A DNA stretch of 64,000 nucleotides, taken from Eledone cirrhosa. Its lineage: Eukaryota. The notes beneath the pieces are model-generated. The model saw only the letters and a program-made list of their open reading frames with translations, searched no databases and was not told where the DNA came from. The stretch covers positions 205,654,001-205,718,000 of the forward strand of contig OZ024742.1 of the NCBI GenBank assembly GCA_964016885.1. Reading direction: 5' to 3'. The position numbers and the translations under genes were made by a program. This document shows, piece after piece, positions 11,675 to 26,817 of the stretch; position 1 is the first letter of the stretch, and each line of letters opens with the position of its first letter.

Positions 11675-11972
11675 GTGAGGAAGATGAAAGACCAAGGGAG
11701 CACCCCTTCTCTGTGCTCCTGAGGAGAAGGGTTGCACACTTTTTTCGGGGGTGTGTGCGACCCCCCAAGGCGCCTCCTCTCTATTGAGGATTTTGTTAAA
11801 AATTTTATTTTTTGTTATATCTTATTTTATTTTTATATTTTGTTATTGCCTCCTCCTTATAGAGGACGCCTTTTTGTGTAAACTCCCCCCTTTGTACTTG
11901 TCCCACTTTTGATGCCCTAGTGGCAAATAAAAGAAATATATATATATTTATATATATATATATTTATATATT

Positions 11973-12003
<31 letters not shown>

Positions 12004-12020
12004 ATTTATATATATATATT

Positions 12021-12052
<32 letters not shown>

Positions 12053-12152
12053 TATATATATATATATATTTATATATTTATATATATATTTATATATTTA
12101 TATATATTTATATATTTATATATATTTATATATATATATATATTTATATATT

Positions 12153-12183
<31 letters not shown>

Positions 12184-12322
12184 AAATATATATATATATT
12201 TCGTTTCTGAATTTGTTTAGCAAGATTCTTTATTCGTGTGTTGAAACCGATGTTGTTATACTTTGGGAGGGTCATTTTTGCCAATAAGAAACACACGCAC
12301 CAGTTGATTCACTAAGAATGCC

Positions 12323-12679
12323 TATACAATCGAGTGCAACGAGTGGTATTACGTGGGATCAACAGCAACATCGTTTAAATCTCGATTGTATAGGCATTCT
12401 TACTCAATAAAACACCAGAGCCAAAGAAATGTAACAACTTTAGCAGAAAAAGCTTGGACGCTCAGGGATAGCGATCAAAAGTTTACCCTAAAATGGGAGA
12501 AATTAGCTAAAACCCAAAGCTTTTCCAGGAGCCAAAATTTCTGCAAATTGTGTAATCTTGAGATTTATTACATAATCACACACAAGAAGAAACTGCTGAA
12601 TAACAGAATTGAACGAACATTATTCTGCCGTCACAGAACTAAAACCCTTTTTTCCCACTACAAGCCGAATATTACATAA
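12323..12679 (+). pseudogene. GIY-YIG endonuclease C-terminal fragment of a Penelope-like (Neptune-type) element
   Basis: YTIECNEWYYVGSTATSFKSRLYRH...TTLAEKAWTLRD...LKWEKL...CKLCNLEIYYI...LLNNRIE...CRH matches the YVG-T...FK-R...H, C-LC-E and LN-R-E...CRH pattern of PLE endonucleases. No RT portion. Confidence 0.82.
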
Positions 12680-12968
12680 AAGAGGGACATCCCCCAACTA
12701 TATAAACCTTAATCTAGTTAGAAAAATATAAAAACAATCTCTTCTCAACATATATTAATAACCTTAAATTACCATACTAATAATGGAAAGATATGCTGAT
12801 GAGAATAGGTACAAATATGCGATAATGAATGTGTCTAAAAACCTCCATAAGTATGTATATATATGTGAAAATGTATATAAATAAGTAAATATATATATAT
12901 GTTTGATGTGTATAGTTAGATGTAAGTGTATTCATGTATTAAAGTGCTTATATATATATATATGTATA

Positions 12969-13009
<41 letters not shown>

Positions 13010-13512
13010 ATGTATATGTGTGTATATGGATGTGTATGTATGTGTATGTGTGTACACATGGACTAGAGTATGTATGTATATATGTGTGTGTCTATACGTG
13101 TGTATATAAAGATAAGTTGAGTATGAAAATGTATACACATGAGCGCGTATGTATGTACATGAATACATGTGTGTATATATATGTAAGTATGAATATGTGA
13201 ATTGTGAGTATATGTATTTTGTAGAGGTGTGCAAATATATTTATGTGTGCATTTAAGTTTGAATGTTAATTAAGTGCAAACACAAAACCAACCACGCATA
13301 TCTTTACTATCTCTAATCCTTCTATAGATTTAGAAAAATAACCAATAATATATTCTATAAAAAATGTCAAAACAACAGATGGGAATCTAATTACTCACTG
13401 CCACCAAGAATTCTCACTGCTATCGAAAAACCACTCCTTCAACTATTCTTCTAACAACTTCACCCCTCCCTCCTAATATTCTCTATAAAAACTAAATAGG
13501 TCCTCAGTAATA

Positions 13513-13632
13513 TTATTCTGATGAAATGACAGTAAATAATAACATTGAAATATTGAATGTCTGCATAACTAAAAGTTTGTAGATAGCAGCTGTTTTAGGT
13601 TATGTAACTGTTATAGAAACACGTGTCAATAA
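13513..13632 (+). ncRNA. Type-I hammerhead ribozyme motif with extended stem II and palindromic stem III
   Basis: ttatt-CTGATGA-a-atgacagt...actgttat-a-GAAA-cacgtg-TC-aataa. Stem I ttatt/aataa; stem III forms the palindrome ACACGTGT; GUC cleavage triplet. Confidence 0.8.
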
Positions 13633-13669
13633 ATTCCTTTCAACTAAACTGTATCCATTCAAATCTTTC

Positions 13670-14166
<497 letters not shown>

Positions 14167-14170
<4 letters not shown>

Positions 14171-14960
14171 TTATTAAAATTAAAGTTTAAGCAAAGAATC
14201 GCTGCTTTCACCCTTAACGGGATCTTCTGAAACTAACAAAGTCAATCTGTAAACGCAGAACTGGATATTTCAAAAAACGTTGCAACCGGAGGAAGACAGG
14301 AAGACGATACTTTGGTTCGTGGTAACGTTCGCTGGCAAAGAACGGGATAAAACCAATACGTCATTAATAGAAGCGGTGAAAAACAATTACGCGCAAAGAC
14401 GAAACCACGTTTATGGTATAAAAGAGGTCGTAGACTAATGTTCTCTTAGGTGGTGCATAGAGACGTTTTCTGCTATACCATTTACGTGGTTTTGTCTTTG
14501 CGTGCTTTTGTTCTCCACGCTCCACATATGACTTATTATCTTCGTTTTTTCGTTCATTGCCAAAGAACGTCTCTATGCACCACCTAAGAGAACATTAGTC
14601 TATGACCTCTTTTATACCATAAACGTGGTTTCGTCTTTGCGCGTAATTGTTTTTCACCGCTCCTATTAATGACGTATTATTCGTTTTTTCCCGTTCTTTG
14701 CCAGCGAACGTTACCACGAACCAAAGTATCGTCTTCCTGTCTTCCTCCGGTTGCAACGTTTTTTGAAATATCCAGTTCTGCGTTTACAGATTGACTTTGT
14801 TAGTTTCAGAAGATCCTGTTAAGGGTGAAAGCAGCGATTCTTTGCTTAAACTTTAATCTGTTATTTTAATAAATATTTGCTCTACGGTTCTTATATATTT
14901 GATATATATTTTCCTTATCGAGCCCTCTTTGGATTTTAGTCTTCAATTTTATTATTATTA
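14167..14960. mobile_element. Fold-back element B: ~300-bp inverted repeat in (TA)n, probable PLE pseudo-LTR remnant
   Basis: Arms ~14167-14467 and ~14566-14876 are near-perfect reverse complements. The spacer is a diverged copy of part of the right arm. Only a degenerate hammerhead-like core (CAGAAGA...GAAA, 14807-14830). Confidence 0.65.
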
Positions 14961-14971
14961 CTATATATATA

Positions 14972-15026
<55 letters not shown>

Positions 15027-15123
15027 TTATATATATATATTTATATTTATATATATATATTTATATTTATATATATATATTTATATTTATATATATATAT
15101 TTATATTTATATATATATATTTA

Positions 15124-15168
<45 letters not shown>

Positions 15169-15173
15169 ATATA

Positions 15174-15217
<44 letters not shown>

Positions 15218-15247
15218 TTATATATATTTATATATTATATATATATT

Positions 15248-15278
<31 letters not shown>

Positions 15279-15386
15279 ATATTTATATATATATTTATAT
15301 ATATATATATATTTATATATATATTTATATATATATATATATTTATATATATATTTATATATATATATAAATATTTATATATATAT

Positions 15387-15731
15387 GGAGGCATATGGCT
15401 TAGTGGTTAGAGCATTGGCCTTGCAATCGAAAGGTTGTGAGTTCAATTCTCAGACCGGGTGATGTGTTGTTTCCTTGAGCAAGAGACTTTATTTCACATT
15501 GCTCCAGTTTACTCAGCTGTAGAAATGAGATGATAGGGACTGGGGTCTCTATCATTCCACTGCAAAGTGGTCGTGGAGGTGCCACGGCAAAAAAGCACCC
15601 AGCACTCACTGTAAATGAGGTTGGTGTTAGGAAGGGCATCCAGCTGTAGAAATCATGCCAGAATCAGTTCCCGTCCCACCCTTGCAAGCAGGGAAAAGCG
15701 GACGTAAAATGAAATGATGATGATGATGATG
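15387..15731 (+). mobile_element. tRNA-derived SINE with RTE-derived 3' tail
   Basis: A-box TGGCTTAGTGG, B-box-like GAGTTCAATTC, tail 'cactgtaaatgaggttggtgttaggaagggcatccagctgtagaaa...gatgatgat' shared with the RTE 3' UTR. Second copy at 54333-54652 (-). Confidence 0.85.
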
Positions 15732-17835
<2,104 letters not shown>

Positions 17836-20800
17836 TTGGCATGGTTTCTATGGTTGGAAGCTCTTCCTAAGACCATTGGCTTTTCAGAGTGGACTGGGTG
17901 TGTGATACCAGCACTAGGGAGGTTGTCAGATATTGACTTTGACTGAAGAACCTCTCTACCCATTATTAGGGAACACACTTTACTTCCTACAGAAAAGTTA
18001 TATTTTTTTTAATGAGTAACATAATAGGTGAAATTTTTGTTCAATGTAGTACCTTTTTTGGAAAGATAGGCTTGCAAAACCTTTCACTAAATGAAACTTT
18101 TAATCAAATACTTGATTATGAGTCAGCTTTATATAGAAGAAGGGATAAATCAATATCCCTAGCAATTAAAAAAATAATAAATAATAATCATTTAACAAAT
18201 GCTTTTCCATGCTGACATGGTTGGACATGTTGTCTAGGTTACTAGGAATATCCCCACTTTATACATTTCTATGTACAAAATTCTTAATTTATAAGCAATA
18301 TATATGTGCTCTTAATTTATAAGAAATATGTGTGTGTTCTTGCATGCAAATTATTGAATGAAGGCCCAGCTACTGTGTGTTTAGTTCCCTTAGTATCTAA
18401 TATTTTAACCTTTTCATACAAATTATTCATTAGAGATTTGATAAGAGTGTAAGTTTATAGGTTTGCTTTGTTTTCTTGTTTATTTTGTTGCCCCAAATAG
18501 TTTTGATTAATAAAGTGCATATTTCTATACAACACTTGGAATCAATAAAAGTCTCTGTTCTATAAATTCTTAAAAAATGCTGATGATACCGCTAACTAAA
18601 GATATTATGTCAACTAAAGATATACAATAAAATTATGATATTAAAAACGTACTAAATGTCTCATTTTATTTAAACTAGTTTCCTTAAGATGTTTCCTCTC
18701 AGTTTTTACCATTTTCTCCTTCACAAGATTTTACATATTGCATTAATATTGTATTATTCTCAACACATGCAATTATTGAAATGTTTGTGTAGAAGCACTA
18801 ATGATCCTCTATGTATAATGATTCGTACACTGACATTTTAATTGATTTTGTATATACATTATCATATATACTTGCATTTTCATTAAATCAACATAATTAT
18901 CAAGCAATCATAAATTAAAATAATTATCAAACACTACTGTAGATAGATTATTGATAATTGCAGGCTAAGAGGAAAGTGACATGGGAAATAAAAAGTGTGA
19001 GTGTCTGTTAATGAATGCAGATCTCTTAGTCATCTGTATCAAACAATGATTCAGACTTTTTTTTAAAACAACTTGGCTAAATTTATTGATTTCTCTTCTA
19101 ATTCCATATTATTATCCTTCTAACAATATGTGCACTGAGAATTCGATTTTCTTTTGAAATGAAGATATGGTTTCCAAATGAATATAGTTTATCATTAGGA
19201 TAGAGCCAGTAAACAGAATATTTGAATGGGAATGATAGATTCACCAGCTTGTTCGATTTTCATGCTCCCATCTATAGATTTTTATCATTTAGTCGAGTTA
19301 GTCTCGTTTATCATGAAAACACTTAAACATAGCACACATACATGTGCATGCATACATGTGTGTGAATGTGCACACACACATAGAAAGGCATGGGATGATG
19401 ATTGACTACATACATCTTATTCATGTAATATTGAGTGGTTATAGCTTGACTGCCATACATAAATATTTATTTTTTAAAAGAATTTCTAGTTATATATTTG
19501 GTAAAAATATTACATTAAAAGAAACTGCTCAAATATTTTTATAATTTTTCCTTTATATTAAACAAACGAACTATATCTGCTTTGGTTATTTATTCTACTG
19601 TTAGACTATACTAACCAACTGACTACTTGTTACAGATTAAGTATATATATATATTTTTTTTTTACTATTATAGAAACAAAATGTGTTGCTACACAGCCTG
19701 ATTAATATTTCATTGAATTTTCTAACCCACATGGAATCATTTCAGGCTCTTACTTGGTGATCTAATGAGACAATGTTTTGGTGCCCATTGGTTATATATA
19801 ATGTAGCTTTGACATTGTATACATATAATTATTTGCAGTATTATAGGTAATACAATATATACCTTGATGATTATTTTTATAATTAGTTTCTTTGAACCAG
19901 TGGTAACTTTTGATAAATTGTCTGACATTATTTTTGGTACTATTTATAAATCATTTACATAGAATGCTTTACTAATATGATAATGTTTAAAGTGATTATT
20001 AACACACTAATCAAACTGAATAATTAATCTCTCAACTCCATTCAGTGAAATTTCTAATATTTTCTTTAAAAAAACAACACATTTTATCATTTGTCAGTTT
20101 TTAATAACAGCCTTTATATTTTTCATACAATAGTTAAATTGTATGTTATTTAACCATAATGTATTTATGATATCCAATTTGTAACAAAAATAAAAGAAGC
20201 TTAAATGTGTTATGCTTTAATTAAGAAATTAAGCTGTGTAATAATTAATGGAGAAAAACTGTTGGAAATAGATTAGAAATAAATTTTAATATTCAGGTTG
20301 AATAGGCTTTTTCACTTTTACTTTGTTATTTTTGGCTAAAGTAATATTTCAGTTTCACACAGTTATAACAATGCCAATGCTAAAGAAACAGTTTTTAAAA
20401 AATGATCATGTTCCTGAGAAAGGAATCAAGCAATGCCTCTGCCAGCTGTTTGTCTGCTGAGTCATTTACAAAATATTGTTCCACTATCTTTTGTTAGCAG
20501 CTGCAGAGTCTGAACCTTTGCAAGGCACAAACACTTCTCTCAAGCCTCAGGAATTTGTCTCCTACTAATCTATTATTCTGTGTGTAAAGTCTATGTGTGG
20601 GTGGTGTGTACTATTCTGTGTGTGTTAGTGGTGTTCATGTGCATCCTTGTGTGCAGGTCTACTATTTTATAAATCATTAAGACTATGTGTGTGTGCGCTG
20701 TGTGCATGTCTACTATTTTATAAATCATTTACATGGAATGCCTTACTAGTATCATCATAATGCTTACAGCGAATATTAACACCTCATTCACACTAAATAA

Positions 20801-20915
20801 CTTATTAATCTCGCAGCTCTATATTCAGTCAAATTTATTTCTAATTATATTTTCTTCCAAAAAGCAAAAAGTATTTAATAAATAAACACATTTTGTCATT
20901 TGTTAATTATTAATT

Positions 20916-21536
20916 ACTAGCTGAATTACTTGGCGTTGCCCAGGTTACTGCTGTTCTTATTCAGATTAGTAAACAATAAATATGAAGATTTGTTTTTTTT
21001 TTCTCTTAATTATTTCAAAATATCTATATTTTATTAAAAAAATATCAAAATTGTAATGATAATAGAATTTAGAAATTAAAATTTGTCAATCTTGAAGCAC
21101 CTTAGGGTAAACAATATTCATTGTCATTTTTTGTTGGTGTTCAAATGGATAAATTGTTGCTCACGCACACCTGTCTGTCATCACATATGTATCTGTATGT
21201 GTAGATGTGTGTGTTTAATCGTCTATATGTATGTGTAGATGTGTGTGTTTAATTCTGTGAGGCCTAACATATGTAACAAACTCGCAAGCACACACACACT
21301 CACAGACGCATACATACTCATATACAATGTGACATCATCGTGGTCATAGTCGTGGTTCTATAGTTCACTATAGAAAGGTTATTTCAGATAAAATATATTT
21401 TTTTAATCCAAATGAAAATAAAAATTACACTCCAGGGGTCTAATACTATTTACCTTGTAAAATTTGATTTGATTTGGTCCAGCCATTTGAGAATGCATAG
21501 GAACAGACAGAGAGACAAAGAATTTCATATTTATAG
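20916..21536 (+). mobile_element. Non-autonomous Helitron-like insertion (Lep1-like ends)
   Basis: Starts ACTAGCTG..TACTTGGCGTTGCCCAGG and ends AAATTTGATTTGATTTGGTCCAGCCATTTG...ACAGACAG...TTTCATATTTATAG. It interrupts one copy of a local duplication. Family assignment is from recalled end motifs. Confidence 0.55.
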
Positions 21537-24500
21537 AAAGCTTATATTTTTCTCATACAATAATTAAACATTATTTGAAGATTTTAATATATGCAATTTG
21601 AATAATCTTTGTGTCATGAAGGAAATAATTGCTATTATTATTCCCTTTTTAAAAATAAAACCAGTGACCCATTCTAAACATAAAACAGTTATATAGAATA
21701 TAATATCTATGAGTAATAATTACTACCTTTGGGAAAATATTTAGTTTGATTTTTGTGCATTCCTATCCAAAAGCATTTTTTTTCCTTTCAATTCCTCTCC
21801 AGGCTTGCTATAAATTCTTCTGTAGATAAAATAAATAATAGTTTCCTATTCTTCACTTTTTATAACATAAAAAATAAAACTATTTCATTTTAGGATATAT
21901 TATTTTTTTAAATGTGTGAAGATGCACTCATACATGCACATGCATGCATGCATACATACACCAAACAAATAATATAGTTGAAAAATGTTTCTATTGCCTC
22001 TTTTTATAACTGTAATAGTGTGTATGTGCATGACTGGTGTAAATGCCACATTGGTATCGTAATGGCAAAATGTAGAAAAAAGAGAAATATATTGTCCAAG
22101 AGGAAATTTTTATGTAAAATTTAATGAGCTATATCTAAATTCTTCAGGCATTTTCAAGAAATAGACAGAGAGAAGGTGTAGTTGGAGGAGATATGAAGAG
22201 AGACACTCAGAGAGATAAACAGGCAGACAGTGTGAGTGATTAGCAGAGGAAGAGGACAATACACACAAAGAATGTCTTATTTTGTTATTAAGATTCAGAG
22301 CTAGTAATATTTTGGTATTGAATTTTAAACAATTTCCATCTGAAATGGATGTATATATGTGTGAATGGTGTACTCAGCCTATTTTCAATTAGTATGTAGT
22401 ATGTCTTTCTAGGATTTGGAATACAGCATGATTTGAACTAAATATCTTGCTATTCAAGTCAGTGGAAACCTTAACTTAGAGCTGTAGTTTATATTTTTTA
22501 ATGATTATTGTAAAATGGTTTATTTTAAAATCCTTATCTGTAATCACCATTGTTATTTGTACTATATACACCATGTATATAATTAAAATAGTTTATTATG
22601 GTATTTTAATTAAACATTTTTAAAGACCTACTAAAATGTGATGGTGCTTGGATAAAATAGAATACTTTTATTTTACTTTATAACAGCAATGTATGAGTTC
22701 TCTGCTTCTCGTGGAAACACTATAAATCCTTTGTTCAATTAGCTGTAGATTATTTTGTAGGTAAAAATAAATAGTCTTCCTTTTATTTTCCTTGTATATT
22801 GATATTTGCTGATTGAAATATCATCGGCATAGCTTAGCAAGTTTTTCTTTATTCTTGTAGGTGCAAGAAAATTTAATCAATGAAATGTTTTTATCTTACT
22901 CTATAAATTATGAGTTCTCACTTTAGAGTTACCCAAACTATTTTATTTTGTCTGTCAGGAGCTTTGATAATATACCAATTTTGCATATTGTTGCTAATAT
23001 GATAAGGAAACAATATTTGTGGTAGTGTTTTAAACTACCCTTTTAGATTGATATTATACAAAATTAGATTTTAAATGTGACTTATTTTTTAAACAGGAAG
23101 AGGGAGCGATAAAGTTTATAGTTAACTATATTACTTTTAGAAATTAATTTAAACAATTTTTTTCAGATATAACTTTTTAAAATAATTATATAAGTATAAG
23201 AGAAAGAAGGAAAAGCTTTACAGAATTATTCTGTAAAAAAATTGTAAATTTTCCTATGAACAGAAAATCAGTCAAAATTAAAATTAGAATAGAAGTAAAA
23301 GTAGATGATGAGCATGTATCATTTTATCTAAGTTGTAAGAAAGAAGCTAGTATAATAGGTATTTTGCTGTAAAAATTATATGTAATTTTTTTTTTAAATG
23401 ATCTTCCTCAGCCACTATATCTAGCCTACCCTATCTTATCTCACCTACTTTTTTCCTTTTCATCTTCATTTACTCTGAATATTTTCATGGCTCCATCTCA
23501 CTTCCTTCCAAATTCATCAAGATATAGAGGAAGAAGTTTTATCTCCTCTCTTCTCATCTAAACTAACTGATTTTCTATCATTTATTTCTCCCCATCATGC
23601 ACCCTTTCTACAACTCCACTCACACACACAAATACATGCATGCAGCAGCATGTTGTCTATTAGAAGATGGCTATGAAATGTGACTATCTCAGCTACCATC
23701 CCCTTCCCATCTTCATCCCTTCTCTTGCTTCCTCTCCATAGTAAATTGTCTATTAGACTGAGTTGGTGGTGGTTGTGAAATTGTCCTGTCCCAATCATAG
23801 CAGAAGAGATCAGACAGAGACATATAGACAGCAGGTTATGGGATGGTTCAATTATTTCCCTTTTTTGCTGACAACATCCACTTAACACACTCCTATCAAA
23901 GGTACCTTACCCACCCATTCCCACATTGCTGTGTTGAAGCCAATGTAAATAAATTTAACTGTCAAGTGTGATGGGAGAATATTGAGGAGGGAGGACTAAT
24001 GAGGCCTGCAAAGTTTGCTTGATAGTTAGGTGTAATAGGCTGTCCCTTGGGACATTGAGATGGCAAAAGGATATGAGATGTGGAGAGGGAGGGGGGGTCA
24101 AGAATGATTTGGCTTCCCAAACCCAACTATTGCTTCCTCTTGTTATCTGACAAAGCTATAATTGCATTTTAATTCTCCTCTCATTTTTTTTAAAGATTAC
24201 TTATTTTCCTCTAATTTTAAAGTTTACATCAGTACTCATTTTAAAGCAAGTAGCCCCCATGTCAGTATAGTTAGTTCCCTTACTTTTGTTATTTAATTTT
24301 TATTTTTTCCTCTTTCATTTGACAATTTTAAATTTTGGTCATACTTTAAAGTGTAGAATTTTCTAGAGTACAAATAACCCTGGGTTGTATGAAAAGGGCT
24401 TAGTGGTTAATGATGGAACAAGTGGGAATTAAATTGTTAGTTGTCTCTTTTTCACACACTGAAACATTTTGCATCAGTTCCTAACCATTCAGATAACTTA

Positions 24501-24694
24501 ACCATCAGTATTTGTTGTAATTTTATCCAAATTCAAGCAAAATAAATCTTTCTATACAGTTTATTTCTTATGTATTTGTCTATAAAGGAAGCTTTGAATG
24601 ATCCAGTGATTCATATATTAATCTTTTTCATATGTGGTCTGCTAAAATAGTAAGACGTTCTGCAAAGAGAAATCTATGAAATGTTCTTATTTTC

Positions 24695-24940
24695 TGTGGT
24701 TGAGGAGCTTGTTTCACAACCACATGGTTTCATGTTCATTCTCACTGCATGGCACCTAGGGCAAGTAATCTTTACTATATCCTTGGGTTGACCAATGCCT
24801 TGCAAAAGAAATTTGGTAGATAGAAACTGTGTGGAAACCCATTGTGTGCATGTGTATGTTTACGTTCACTGTTTATGTTCCTTGACTTAGCAGTTTGGCA
24901 AATAGAGATCAATAGAATAAGCAACAGACTTCACCAACTA
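24695..24940 (+). mobile_element. Decayed tRNA-derived SINE
   Basis: gtggttgaggagcttg...cacctagggcaagt...tttggtagatagaaactgtgtggaaaccc, resembling abundant cephalopod SINEs (recalled). Confidence 0.5.
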
Positions 24941-26817
24941 AATCCCTTGAAAAACATTAACATTTTGTTTAGCTCTTCAGAGCCAGCACTATTCTTTTTT
25001 GAAGGGACTAATAATTTTCTGGTATTTCTATTCCCAAATTAACTAATAGTCTTGAAGTAGCCTCATTCCCAATATTGGAATGCACCATTACAATAGAGAT
25101 AATTTTTAAAAATATTCATAAATAACTATCATACATGACCCACATATTTTCTTTTCATTTTCAACATTTACATGATTAATAATAGAATATAGGCGATACA
25201 TAGAATATATAACATTCATATTATCAGATGATCATTGTAAAACAATTTGCTAGAATAGAAGCTATATAATATCATTTTATTAATTGATATTTACTTAGTC
25301 TTTCGTTGGGGTTATAAAAACCACACTATAAATTTTATATGGATTTTCAACATAAACTATTTTGTATTTATCCTCTATCTTTATGAATAAATAAACTGAA
25401 ATAATTGAATGTACAGAAAATTTCATAATTTCTACCTCAGATAGAAAATGCATGAATATGATTTTGGGTATGTATGGATGTTCAGCATAACTTTGACTGC
25501 AAAAGGGATGACTAAGACATTGAATGTCAGAAGCATTAGTTAAGATGTACAAGAGGAATAAAAGTTCTCTAATGTTGAATAACTCCATCAAACAGGTAAC
25601 AAATAGGTTTTCTTCTCTTTTGTTTTTTCACCTTAGTCAGAAGAGGAAAAGTAAACCCCATGTCATTTTTTAGATCCTGTGAGATTAGTAAAAAGTTGGA
25701 AGTTATCCTTAGACTGGGGCCTTACTTGAGCTTGCAATAAAGTTGACTCTATGAAAGGCACCCAAGGGTCAGATTGATGTTAAACCAGGCTATAGATTAA
25801 GTCTATCACCTTAAAAAAGATAGTTGCATGCATGATCCCCTAACTCCTGGGGAGTCAGAGGAGCGCCGTATCGACATACAGCATTCCTCTGGTATTTTTT
25901 AAACCTGGTGAACCCCATCTCCTCTGCAGGTCTGAATACAACAGATTTCTTCCAGAGAAGGATAGAGAGTGAGTGAACAAAAGTGAGAAAGAGATATGGA
26001 GGAAGAATCAACCCCAGTAAATCAAAAATATCAAGAGATAACTAATTGGTGTGGAGATGTAATGAACAAAGATTGTGCAACTAGTAGTTGAATGTTCCTA
26101 AAAATAGGAAAGGAAATCATCTAATGGGACAAAGGTAGCTATGTTTCCATTGGTCTTTCCATTGCTAATACTATGTGTCAGTCACAAATCCTGGCATGTT
26201 AAACATTGTCTAATCATAGATAAAGTTATGTTATCTGTTAATATAGAATATAAGTTACTACAGTTTCTACAGAAACATCAAAGCAAATATGCATTTTCAT
26301 AACGTAGTTATGCACACACACACTATTTAATAGTACTTGCAAATCAAACCAGTAGCATAATATATACATATATAGAAAACTCTTCATAAACATACATTTT
26401 CACTGCTTTTAACGCACATGCAACATCCATCAGACACTGTTTAATCTTTTTTAAACTAGCCTGTCTGAATTTACCTCTGCTTCGATAATACAAAGCTTCT
26501 TTTAAACAGTTTGTATTCAAATTAAAACTTTCTATTATATATATACTCACTGTAAATGAGGTTGGTGTTAGGAAGGGCATCCAGCTGTCCAAGTCCAAAT
26601 CAATTCTGTATGTGCAAGATATGGTCACCTGACCTAGCATTGCCCACAACAGGACAACCCATTTAACTCATGCTAGCATAGAAAATTTGACTTAAAACAG
26701 TGATGATGATGATGTATATATATATATATATATACTCTTTTACTCTTTTACCTGTTTCAGCCATCCGGCTGAGGCCATGCTGGGGCACCGCCCTTGACAT
26801 ATATATATATATATATA

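Larger units (their letters stand above)
6229..11936 (+). mobile_element. Full-length, apparently intact L1-superfamily (Tx1-like) non-LTR retrotransposon
   Basis: About 200 bp 5' UTR, ORF1, ORF2, about 260 bp 3' UTR with AATAAA at 11926-11931. Both ends run directly into (TA)n. Confidence 0.93.

Noticed and set aside
12795-12880. CTGATGA...GAAA as a second hammerhead in the PLE 3' UTR
   Set aside because: No convincing stem II or stem III.
15387-15460. tRNA gene
   Set aside because: tRNA-like SINE head continuing into SINE body, with no proper acceptor stem or terminator.
18000-26300. Missing upstream DDR exon
   Set aside because: No splice-bounded segment encoding discoidin motifs (e.g. 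GAWCP, TQGR) was found by eye; a small exon cannot be excluded.
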